Part shown: positions 9,844 through 18,084 of the stretch, piece by piece
Layout of the letters: every line of letters starts with the position of its first letter
Numbering within the stretch: the first letter of the stretch is position 1
Assembly: GCA_963774325.1 (NCBI GenBank)
Contig: CAVZEF010000006.1
Coordinates: 1,126,510-1,190,509 of the forward strand
Length of the DNA stretch: 64,000 nucleotides
Source: an uncultured Pseudomonadota bacterium
GTDB lineage: Bacteria > Myxococcota_A > Polyangia > Fen-1088
Direction of reading: 5' to 3'
Program-made: the position numbers and the translations under genes
The notes under the pieces: model-generated
What the model saw: only the letters and a program-made list of their open reading frames with translations
Told to the model about the DNA's origin: nothing
The model's database searches: none

Positions 9844-10702
9844 GTCATCCCCCACCCGATCGTCGCGCCCGCGTGCGGCCACCACTGCCGGCGCACGATC
9901 GCCTGGCCGGTGTCGACCTCGACGTTGCCGGTGTCGGCGACGCAGCCGGTCCACTGACCCATCGCCTCGACGGTGAAGCTGGTCGCGGCGCGCGGCCCGA
10001 GCACGATGACCCACTCGGCGCGCGCCAGGCCGGCGGCGCCGACGCCGCTGCAGCTCGGCAGCGGCGGGCTCGCGCCGGGAAACGTGTACGACGTGTTGAG
10101 CGTGCTCGGCAGCGGCGTGACGTCGGGCCGGCCGGTGCTGCCCTCGACGATGCCACCGAAGCCGAAGCCGACCGCCAGCGACAGGTGGCGCGTGACGTGC
10201 CAGGTCGGATCGATCGGTGCCCGCGAAGCGCAGCCCGTCGAGGCCGCCCGGCCGACTGCGCCAGCGCGTACTGGAACGACGCCAGCACCGACCAGTCGGC
10301 GTCGAGCCGCAGGCCGAGGCGGAACGTCACGCCGCGCAGGCGACCGCTCGGCGCGCCCTGCAGCCCGGCGAGCTCGCCGTAGACGATCCCGAGGCCCATG
10401 CGGAAGCCGCTGCGCAACCAGGCGTCGCGGTCGGCCTCGGTCGGCAGGCTCAGTCGCGGCTCGCCCTCGTCGTCGTCGTCCTTGCCCGCGCCATTCGGCG
10501 GCGCGCCCGTGGCCAGCGGCGGCGGGGGCAGACCGCTGCCTCCCGGCGAGCTCGGCACGGGCTGCGCGACGGCGCTCGCGGCTCCAGCGGCGAGCGCGCT
10601 CTTCGCCGCCCCCAGCAGCGCGAGCGCGACGACGACGACGATGATGACCGATCGATGCGCCCCCGCGGGGCGCGGCAACAGGCGACGCTTCACTGCGAGC
10701 AT
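9834..10702 (-). CDS. Uncharacterised secreted / outer-membrane-like protein, frame-disrupted
   Basis: The ATG at 10702 overlaps the upstream stop by 13 nt. The signal/TM is SVIIVVVVALALLGAAKSALAAGA. Beta-like segments follow (VTFRLGLRLDADWSVLASFQYAL, HLSLAVGFGFGGIVEG). Frame changes occur near 10248-10250 and 10205-10220. The TGA at 9834-9836 overlaps the receptor GTG. Confidence 0.5.
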
Positions 10703-11847
10703 GGCCACCAGGGCGGCGGACTCGCGGTGTAGTCCCACTGGGGAACCTGGCAGGCCACGTTGTTGCGGCAGCCGCGCAGCGTGTAGTGGGTCAACCCCTT
10801 GCAGCGATCGGTGGGCCGGCCAGAAACGACCAGCTGGATCAGATTCGGTTGATCGCCGGAGTCGAACGACGGCAGCGGCGCGCACACCGTCATGCGATCG
10901 GTGAAGTCGGGCGCCTTGTCGAACGGCGGCTGGCGATAGCGCGTGCTGCTGTCGTCGGTGCGCTCCATGCAGCCCGCCTCCTCGGCAACCGCGGGCGACT
11001 GAACCGCGAAGGTGATCGTCGTGTCGGCAGGGCTGCCGCTCGCGCAGCTCGCGGAATCCTCGAGCGGCAGCATTCCTGAAAGGACCGACGCGATGCCGGC
11101 GTCATACGAAAATCCGCCCGCCGACAACACCGAGAACCCGTCGGGGAAGCCCATCGGCGAGACGTCGCAACCATTGCGCGGATAGAACGCGCTCGGCGTG
11201 AACGTTCCCTCCAGGTATCCGATTCGCTGATCGGGCACGGTCATGGACAGAAAGCTGGCGCCGTAGACGATGTCGCCCGAATCGGGCGTGTCGATCTGCG
11301 GCGGCCCGGGCCCCGCGCCGGCGAGGCGGTGCGACAGCGCCAGATCCAGTGTGCCATCGCCCATCGCGCCGTTGCTTCCGCGATCGTCGTAGACCACCAG
11401 GCTGGCGTAGGCGACGCGAGAGGTGATGTCGCCCACCATCAGATCAGCCGACGGCAGGTCCTGCAGCGAGATCATGGTTGGGACCCCCAGCGTCACCGGG
11501 ACGTCGGCGGCGACGCGCGCGGGGACGAATCCAAAGGTATCGCGGCAACCGGCGGCGACCAGGTCCGCCGCCGCAGCCGGGGACTGGCCAGGCAAGCAAA
11601 ACGGCTCGGTCAACCACTGCTCGCCCCAGACCAGCGCGACCTGCAACGCGCGCTCGGAGTCGACGCCCGCGGGCCGCACCGACGCGATGTCGCCGGTCAC
11701 GACGAAATTGAACGTCGCCAGCGGCGTGCCCGGACCGCCGAGCCCCAGCAGCTTGCCGCAGCCGGGCGGCGCGCTCACCGCCGCGAGCGCGGCGACGACG
11801 ATCGTCGCGAGCTGCGCACTGCGCACGCTCCGTCGCTTCGATGTCAC
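10690..11847 (-). CDS. Uncharacterised Cys-containing secreted protein (possible lipoprotein)
   Basis: Lies in ORF 10690..12549. The protein-like part begins at GTG 11847, which overlaps the upstream TGA as GTGA. The signal is VTSKRRSVRSAQLATIVVAALAAVSAPPGC. I recognise no family. The upstream 230 aa of the ORF is Arg-rich out-of-frame noise. Confidence 0.6.
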   Translation of the reverse strand: MTSKRRSVRSAQLATIVVAALAAVSAPPGCGKLLGLGGPGTPLATFNFVVTGDIASVRPAGVDSERALQVALVWGEQWLTEPFCLPGQSPAAAADLVAAGCRDTFGFVPARVAADVPVTLGVPTMISLQDLPSADLMVGDITSRVAYASLVVYDDRGSNGAMGDGTLDLALSHRLAGAGPGPPQIDTPDSGDIVYGASFLSMTVPDQRIGYLEGTFTPSAFYPRNGCDVSPMGFPDGFSVLSAGGFSYDAGIASVLSGMLPLEDSASCASGSPADTTITFAVQSPAVAEEAGCMERTDDSSTRYRQPPFDKAPDFTDRMTVCAPLPSFDSGDQPNLIQLVVSGRPTDRCKGLTHYTLRGCRNNVACQVPQWDYTASPPPWWPCSQ

Positions 11848-12452
11848 GGCTGCCACCCCGTGCCGACCAGCGCGCTCCACCCGGCCTTGAAGTCGCCGCT
11901 GACCCACGACCCGCTCGGGCCGCCGCTGACCAGGAGCAGCCAGGGCCCGGCGACGTGGACGCCGACGACGGCGTCGACATCCACCGACGGCAGCATCGAG
12001 AACGCCGTTGTCTCGAGGGCGCTGCCGGTCAATCCGGCGCGCCCGCCCTGATTGCGACTCCGCGTCTCGTGCACGATCGTCGGCCCGACGCCCAGCCGCA
12101 ACCCGAACGTGCCGCGGCCCGCAATATGCTGGAAGTCCGCGGCGGCGCGCAACCGGAGCTCGGTGTGGGTCACCGACCAGTCGATCGACGACTCGGTAGC
12201 CGTGGACCCGGCCATGCGTAGCCCCAGGCGAAACCGGCGCCCCACCATCGCGCCCGCGCCGACACCCGTCGACAGGCCCGTCCCCAGCGCCGCGGGAAGC
12301 GCGAGCATGACGCCGCCGTCGATCGTCAAGCGGCCGCCCGTGCGAACCGGCCACCGATCGTCGAGCTGGACCGGCCCTTCGGCGTGCGCCGGCGTAGAGT
12401 GCAGGGCGTGCGCGCTCGCGAGCACGAGGAGCCCGGCGACGATTCGGCGCAT
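11844..12452 (-). CDS. Small outer-membrane beta-barrel-like protein
   Basis: 202 aa with signal MRRIVAGLLVLASAHALHSTPAHA. It has alternating Gly/aromatic beta-strand-like segments ending GDFKAGWSALVGTGWQP. Confidence 0.6.
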   Translation of the reverse strand: MRRIVAGLLVLASAHALHSTPAHAEGPVQLDDRWPVRTGGRLTIDGGVMLALPAALGTGLSTGVGAGAMVGRRFRLGLRMAGSTATESSIDWSVTHTELRLRAAADFQHIAGRGTFGLRLGVGPTIVHETRSRNQGGRAGLTGSALETTAFSMLPSVDVDAVVGVHVAGPWLLLVSGGPSGSWVSGDFKAGWSALVGTGWQP

Positions 12453-12533
12453 GGTGCCCTTTGTGGCCGGCCGGCGATCGATCCTTCACCGAGTCAGCGT
12501 TCGGAGCCAGATCGGGAGGTGAAGGATCGTTCG

Positions 12534-13535
12534 ATGGCCGGCCACTCACGCCTGAGCATGCGCGCGTTCTCGTCGATCGAGATCACGCTGGGCGTGGGGA
12601 TCACGCTCGCGGTGATGTGTGCCGCGCGCCACGCTTCGGCCGCCTGCCGCCCGGGCGTGCGCCTCGACGGCGACGCCGCGCTGGTGGGCACTGTCGGCGC
12701 GGCGCTGGGCGAGCGCGGCATCGCCACCGACGGCGCTCTCGACGTGAGTGGCGATGTCACCGGGACCGCCGCCGAGTGCGCGGCGGCGCGTGTGACGCTC
12801 GCCCGCCGCGCCGACCGCATCGGGGTATCGATCGCCGGCGCGCGCCAGCCCGCCGTCGAGCGCGAGGTCACCGACGCGCGCACCGCGACCACGGTGATCG
12901 AATCCTGGGTCCGCTTCGACGTCGAGGAGCCACTGCTGGCCTCGCGCACGATCGCGATGGCAACGCCAGCGCCACCGGCGCCCACGGTGCCGGCGCCACC
13001 GCCCGTGACCACGGCCACCGTCGCGCCGCCGCCGGGCAACGGCCGCGGCCTGCAGCTCTTCGCGCTCGCCGAGCGCTCGCTCGCCAGCGACGGCACCGCG
13101 TGGATGGGCCTGCAGGTCGGCGCCTGCGTGGCGCTCGGTCCGTTCTGCCTGGGTGGACGCGCGCGTTTCGCCGTCGCCGCCGGCCCGCAGCTGCGGCAAG
13201 ACGCGCTGGAGCGGCACGGATTCGAGCTGCTGTTCGACGGTGACTTGCCGGTTCACTTCGGCCGCGCGACGCTGTCGCCCGGCCTGGGCTTGGGCATCGG
13301 CTCCGTCCACACGCATCAGGACGGAACCGGTCAGTCCGAGAGCACCGGCGGCCCGCACGCGGAAGCCCACGTGTCGCTGCTCTACGGGCTGCGGCCGCAC
13401 CTGGCGCTCGAGCTGGCGATGTCTGTCGACGTCACCGAGACCACCCACGTCGAGTCGTCGGCGGCGGTCCTGCTGCCCGACGAGCCGCAATTCTTCACCC
13501 GCTTCGGCGCCGGCGTGCGATTCGGAGGACTATGA
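12534..13535 (+). CDS. Uncharacterised secreted protein with beta-barrel-like C-terminal half
   Basis: Lies in ORF 12384..13535. The start is ATG 12534 or 12558, giving signal MRAFSSIEITLGVGITLAVMCAARHASA. A Pro-rich linker follows. The C-terminus reads ...FFTRFGAGVRFGGL. The stop overlaps the sigma-factor ATG (ATGA). Confidence 0.55.
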   Translation: MAGHSRLSMRAFSSIEITLGVGITLAVMCAARHASAACRPGVRLDGDAALVGTVGAALGERGIATDGALDVSGDVTGTAAECAAARVTLARRADRIGVSIAGARQPAVEREVTDARTATTVIESWVRFDVEEPLLASRTIAMATPAPPAPTVPAPPPVTTATVAPPPGNGRGLQLFALAERSLASDGTAWMGLQVGACVALGPFCLGGRARFAVAAGPQLRQDALERHGFELLFDGDLPVHFGRATLSPGLGLGIGSVHTHQDGTGQSESTGGPHAEAHVSLLYGLRPHLALELAMSVDVTETTHVESSAAVLLPDEPQFFTRFGAGVRFGGL

Positions 13536-14131
13536 AAGATCGCGGCAAGCTCCTCCCCCTCCGGCGCGCGGGCGGCGCCGTCCTGACGGCGATGTCCGAC
13601 GAGGCGCTGCTCGCCGCCTGTGGCACCGGCGATCTGCCGGCGCTCGACGCGCTCTTCGAACGCTTCCACCTGCCGCTCTTCCGCTTTCTCGCGCGCCTGC
13701 CGACCACCGACGATCTCACGCGCGACGACCTGGTCCAGGCGACGTTCCTCGAGGTGCGTCGCATCGCCAAGCGCTTCCGCGGGACGTCGTCGGTGAAGAC
13801 CTGGATCCTGGGCGTGGCGGCGAACCTGGCGCGCCACCAGCTACGCGGCGAGCGCCGTCGGCGCGCGCACCACGCGTCGTACGCGGAGCGGCTGACCGCG
13901 GTGCCCGAGCGCCCGGACGAGCAGGCCGAGCGCCGCGAGCTGTTGGCGCGCGTCGCGGAGGCGCTGGCCGAGCTGCCGCACGATCTGCAAGTTGCGTTCG
14001 TGCTCTGCGATCTCGAGCAGGTGCCGGGCGTCGAGGTGGCGCGCGCGCTGGGTGTGCCCGAAGGGACGATCTGGCGGCGACTGCACGTGGCGCGCAAGGC
14101 GGTGCGCGCCGCCGTCGAGGAGAACGCGTGA
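13532..14131 (+). CDS. ECF-type RNA polymerase sigma-70 factor
   Basis: Region 2 reads LFERFHLPLFRFLARL...DDLVQATFLEV. Region 4 reads LAELPHDLQVAFVLCDLEQVPGVEVARALGVPEGTIWRRLHVARKAV. An alternative start is ATG 13592. Confidence 0.9.
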   Translation: MKDRGKLLPLRRAGGAVLTAMSDEALLAACGTGDLPALDALFERFHLPLFRFLARLPTTDDLTRDDLVQATFLEVRRIAKRFRGTSSVKTWILGVAANLARHQLRGERRRRAHHASYAERLTAVPERPDEQAERRELLARVAEALAELPHDLQVAFVLCDLEQVPGVEVARALGVPEGTIWRRLHVARKAVRAAVEENA

Positions 14132-15342
14132 TGCGCGAGCCGCCCTGCCCTCGCGAGCCTGACGTCTCGCGCGCGCTGCAGCTCGGCCCCGACGCCGCGC
14201 TCGAGGCGCACCTGGCCGGGTGCGCCACCTGCCGCGCGAGCTGGGACGGGTGGACGGCAGCGATCGGCCTCGCGCGCGAGCTGCCGATCGACCTGCCGTC
14301 GCCAGCGCGCAGCGACGAGGTGCGCGCGTCGGTCCTGGCCGCCGCGGAGTCGGGGCAGGCCGGCGCGATTTGCACGCGGACCGCGCACCTGCGCTGGCCG
14401 GCGATCGCGGTGGCCGCCGCGGCCGCCGTCTTCTTGATCGCGCGCGGGCATCTGCACGATGCGCGACCACGCAGCCACGCCGTGGTGCACGCCCGCACCG
14501 GCGCGGCGTTCGTGATGGTGTCAGCGCCGCCCGACGAGATGTTGCGGTTGCGCGGCGGCATCGTCGAGGTCCAGGTCGACCCGCTCGGTCCGGGCGAGCG
14601 GTTTCGCGTGATCGTCGGCGACGGCGAGGTCGAGGTGCGGGGCACGGCGTTCACGGTCTCGGCGACTGATGATCGGCTGGCCGACGTCACCGTGGCCCAC
14701 GGTCGCGTCGAGATCCGCCCGCGCGAGGGCGCGCCCGCCGTGCTGGGAGCGGGGCAAGTGTGGCGGGCGGAGATCGCCGCGGCCCGGCCGATCGCGCCCG
14801 TCGCGCCACCGGTCGTCGCGCTGCCGGTCGCGCCCGCGGGCGGGCTCGCGCGCGCGCAGTCCGCGCGCCGCCTCGAGCGCCGCCGCGCGCGGGCGGTCGC
14901 CGTCGCGGAACCGCCGGTGGATGTTGGCCCGCGCGCGGGACCCACGGCGCAGGAGTCGCTGTACGACGACGCATGGGATGCGATGCGCGCTGGCGACTTC
15001 GCCCGGGCGGCGGCGCGTTTCGCGAGCGTGGTCGGCGCCGCGCCCCGAGGACCACTCGCCGACGAGGGCGCGTTCTGGCGCGCGGTGGCCACGGCGCGCG
15101 CCGGGCGTGCGGCGCCGGCGATCGATCAATTTCACGAGATGATCGACGGCTACCCCGCCTCGGCGCGCCGGGGCGAGGCGGCGACCATGCTCGGCTGGCT
15201 GCTGCTCGACGCAGGCCGTCCCGACGATGCGCGCGCACAATTTCTGCTCGCCGACGGCGATCGCAGCGAGCGCGTGCGCACCAGCGCCCGGCGCGGTATG
15301 GAGTCGATCAGACGTATGGGTCCGGAGGCCGTCAATCGATGA
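14131..15342 (+). CDS. Anti-sigma factor (zf-HC2, TM, FecR-like, TPR-like tail)
   Basis: The ATG overlaps the sigma stop (TGATG). HLAGCATCRASW matches H-x3-C-x2-C. The TM is WPAIAVAAAAAVFLIA. A FecR-like segment reads RFRVIVGDGEVEVRGTAFTV. The C-terminus is helical. Confidence 0.75.
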   Translation: MREPPCPREPDVSRALQLGPDAALEAHLAGCATCRASWDGWTAAIGLARELPIDLPSPARSDEVRASVLAAAESGQAGAICTRTAHLRWPAIAVAAAAAVFLIARGHLHDARPRSHAVVHARTGAAFVMVSAPPDEMLRLRGGIVEVQVDPLGPGERFRVIVGDGEVEVRGTAFTVSATDDRLADVTVAHGRVEIRPREGAPAVLGAGQVWRAEIAAARPIAPVAPPVVALPVAPAGGLARAQSARRLERRRARAVAVAEPPVDVGPRAGPTAQESLYDDAWDAMRAGDFARAAARFASVVGAAPRGPLADEGAFWRAVATARAGRAAPAIDQFHEMIDGYPASARRGEAATMLGWLLLDAGRPDDARAQFLLADGDRSERVRTSARRGMESIRRMGPEAVNR

Positions 15343-16376
15343 GCGCGATCTGGATGATGTGGCTGGCGGCGATCCTGGCGGCGGCGCCCGCGGGCTCGAA
15401 GGCAGAAGCGGCGCCGAAACCGATCGCGCTTCCCGGCGGGCCGCCGGTCGCGATGGACTACCTGGCCTACGACGCCGCGACGGGACGGGTGTGGGTTCCG
15501 GCCGGCAACACCGGTAACGTCGACGTGCTCGACGTCGCCACCGGCAAGCTGACCACCGTGGGCGGGTTCGCGACCAAGCTCGCGTCGCGTCCGGGCCGTC
15601 CGGCGCGCCAGGTGGGGCCGAGCTCGGTCACCGTCGCCGACGCGGTGGTGTGGATCGGCAACCGTGGCGATGACAGCCTGTGCGCGCTCGATCGGCAAAC
15701 CCTGGCCAAGGGTCCGTGCGCCCGGCTCGCGTCGATGCCCGACGGGATCGCCTACGTCGCCGACACGCGCGAGGTCTGGGTGACCACGCCGCGCGACGGG
15801 TCGATCACGATTGTCGGCGTGGCCGGCACGATTGTCGGCGGCGCCGGCAAACAGCCGGGCGCGCCCGTCGTCATCAAGCTCGATGGAGAGCCCGAAGGCT
15901 ACGCCGTCGAACCCGGGCGCGGCCTCTTTTACACCAACCTCGAGGACCGCGACCGCACGCTCGCGATCGACGTCAAGACGCGCAAGGTGGTCGCGAGCTG
16001 GCCCACCGGCTGCGGCAGCGAGGGCCCGCGCGGACTGGCGCTGGACGCGCAGCGCCGGCTGCTCTTCGCGGCGTGCACCGACGGCGCCGTGAGCTTCGAT
16101 CTGGCCCGCAGCGGCAAGACCGTGGGACGCATCAAGACCGGCGCCGGCGTCGACAACCTGGATTACCACGCCGGCAAGCGGCTGCTCTACGTCGCGTCGG
16201 GGCGCGACGGCAAGCTCACGATCGCGCGCGTCGCCGACGGTGGCGCGCTCTCCCTGCTGGCGACCGCGGCGACCGCGAGCGGCGCGCGCAATCCGGTCGT
16301 CGACGCGAAGGGCACTGCCTACGTCGCCGACTCGGCGGGCGCGCGATTGATCGTCGTCGCGCCGCGCGCGCCCTGA
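15339..16376 (+). CDS. Secreted YncE/YVTN-type beta-propeller repeat protein
   Basis: The ATGA overlaps the anti-sigma stop. The signal is MSAIWMMWLAAILAAAPAGSKAEA. Propeller-like units repeat (VWVPAGNTGNVDVLD, VWVTTPRDGSITIV, LFYTNLEDRDRTLAIDV, LLYVASGRDGKLTIA). Confidence 0.65.
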   Translation: MSAIWMMWLAAILAAAPAGSKAEAAPKPIALPGGPPVAMDYLAYDAATGRVWVPAGNTGNVDVLDVATGKLTTVGGFATKLASRPGRPARQVGPSSVTVADAVVWIGNRGDDSLCALDRQTLAKGPCARLASMPDGIAYVADTREVWVTTPRDGSITIVGVAGTIVGGAGKQPGAPVVIKLDGEPEGYAVEPGRGLFYTNLEDRDRTLAIDVKTRKVVASWPTGCGSEGPRGLALDAQRRLLFAACTDGAVSFDLARSGKTVGRIKTGAGVDNLDYHAGKRLLYVASGRDGKLTIARVADGGALSLLATAATASGARNPVVDAKGTAYVADSAGARLIVVAPRAP

Positions 16377-16519
16377 TCACACGCGCGCGCCCCGCGGATT
16401 TTCGACGCAACGACGACACGGAAGTCGCGGGGTCGCATGATATCGACCGCGCGATCGCGCCGCGGCCCGCCTGCAGCGCGACCGCACGGGAGGGCACGCC
16501 CTGTGCTACTCATCGCCGC

Positions 16520-16909
16520 GTGACCAACCTGGTGCGGCGCGCGCTGATAGCGGCTTCGTTTCTCGCCTTCTCATCGATGGCTGCGTGCTGGTCGTCGAAC
16601 GAGACCTCGTCAAGCGATGGCAGCGATGTTCGCGGCGACGACGCCAGCCATGCGGACACGACCGTGGCGGCGGATGGCGCCGTGGAGGCGACCTGCGATC
16701 CTTCGCTGACCTACGCCAGCTTTGGCATGAATTTCTTCCACACGTATTGCAACCGCTGTCACTTCTGGGACCAGGAGTCGGCGCAGCTCAACGGCCAGGT
16801 GATCTCGGACGCAGCCGGGACCGAGACCGTCATGCCGCCGTCCGTGCCCTTTCCCACGGCCGGCGAACGGTCGCAGCTCGTCCAATGGATCACCTGCGGA
16901 GCCCCTTGA
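16520..16909 (+). CDS. Small lipoprotein with CxxCH haem-binding motif (planctomycete-cytochrome-c-like domain)
   Basis: The GTG at 16520 is in frame within ORF 15680..16909. The signal is LIAASFLAFSSMAAC. The motif FFHTYCNRCHFW is followed by VMPPSVPFPTAGERSQLVQWITCGAP. Confidence 0.5.
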   Translation: MTNLVRRALIAASFLAFSSMAACWSSNETSSSDGSDVRGDDASHADTTVAADGAVEATCDPSLTYASFGMNFFHTYCNRCHFWDQESAQLNGQVISDAAGTETVMPPSVPFPTAGERSQLVQWITCGAP

Positions 16910-17061
16910 GCGATGTACCGCGCAGCGCAGCTTTTGATCTGGCGCACACCATGCTTCCCGCTGACACGGTCGGCCGTAGACTCTCGCCGTTCGGGTGGTA
17001 TCTTGAATCTTCGGTGAATGATCGGCTTTCGCCGCTCGTCCACCAGGGCAGGAGAGTCGTC

Positions 17062-17877
17062 ATGAAGATCATCTCGACGGTTTGTGTCACGGTTCTGATG
17101 CTCGGGTCTGCCTACGCGCGGGCGCAGAGCGCCGAGGATCAACCTTACGAGGAAGGCGCGGCGCAGGCGGCGCAAGCTCAGGCTGCGCAGCCCCCGTCAG
17201 CGGCGCCCACGGACGTCCCGCCCGCGCCTCCGCAACAGCTCCCGCCGCCGCCGCAGGCGCCGGTCCAGCAGTACCAGGACGCGCAGCAAGCGGCGCCACC
17301 CGTGGCGGCCCAGGCGCCCGCGACCGGACAGTGGGTTTACACCACTCAGTACGGGTGGGTCTGGATGCCGTACGGCACGCAGTACACCTATTCGCCGACG
17401 CAGACGGGCGTCTACCCCTCTGAGTACGTCTACTATCCGACGTACGGCTGGACCTGGGTGACCGCACCGTGGGTCTTCGGCTGGGGTGTGCAACCGTTCT
17501 TCGGCGTCTACGGCCCCGGGCACTTCGGCTGGTACAACCGCGCGGTCGCGTACGGCGGCTGGCACGGCTACGGCTACGGCCGCGTCTACGGCGCGGGCTA
17601 TCGCGGCTACGGCGGCGGCTATGGCTATCACCCGGGGTACGGCGGCGGCTATCGCACCGGCTTCGCCGCGCCTCGCGCGTACGGATACGGAGCCGGCGCG
17701 CACGTCTATCGCGGGGCCCCCGCCTACGGCGGCCATGTCGGCGGCGGCATGGGCGGCGGCGGCGTCTTTCACGGCGGCAGCAGCTTCCACGGTGGGTTCA
17801 GCGGCGGCCACGCCGGCGGCGGCTTCCACGGCGGGTTCGGCGGCGGACACGGCGGCGGCGGGCACGGCCGCCACTAG
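17062..17877 (+). CDS. Secreted Gly/Tyr/Trp/His-rich low-complexity protein
   Basis: The ATG at 17062 follows GGAGAG. The signal is MKIISTVCVTVLMLGSAYARA. A Pro/Gln/Ala linker follows. Next comes an aromatic block (WVYTTQYGWVWMPYG, YGWTWVTAPWVFGWG), then GYG/GGH repeats to the stop. Confidence 0.65.
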   Translation: MKIISTVCVTVLMLGSAYARAQSAEDQPYEEGAAQAAQAQAAQPPSAAPTDVPPAPPQQLPPPPQAPVQQYQDAQQAAPPVAAQAPATGQWVYTTQYGWVWMPYGTQYTYSPTQTGVYPSEYVYYPTYGWTWVTAPWVFGWGVQPFFGVYGPGHFGWYNRAVAYGGWHGYGYGRVYGAGYRGYGGGYGYHPGYGGGYRTGFAAPRAYGYGAGAHVYRGAPAYGGHVGGGMGGGGVFHGGSSFHGGFSGGHAGGGFHGGFGGGHGGGGHGRH

Positions 17878-17903
17878 CTCGCGGCACAAACCTCGGTTTC
17901 TCG

Positions 17904-17941
17904 ACGGCGCCCGATCAATGGATCGAGCGCCGTTTTCGTTT
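17904..17941 (+). terminator. Rho-independent terminator after the Gly/Tyr-rich gene
   Basis: Hairpin ACGGCGC-CGATC-AATG-GATCG-GCGCCGT at 17904-17933, followed by TTTCGTTT. Confidence 0.6.
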
Positions 17942-18016
17942 GGCGCGGTCAGGGCCGCCGATTGAGCGAGGTGTTCCTCCCGTTGAGGCAGCCGCGGCCG
18001 CCCGTGCAGTCGTCGT

Positions 18017-18057
18017 ACAAAAAACGAAAGGGCCGCCGAGCATGCGCTCGGCGGCCC
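18017..18057 (-). terminator. Rho-independent terminator after the GH105-like gene
   Basis: A 12-bp stem GGGCCGCCGAGC / GCTCGGCGGCCC with a 4-nt loop sits at 18030-18057. On the minus strand it is followed by TTTCGTTTTTTGT. Confidence 0.75.
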
Positions 18058-18084
18058 CGATACGGTCGGGAGCGTGGCAGTGGT

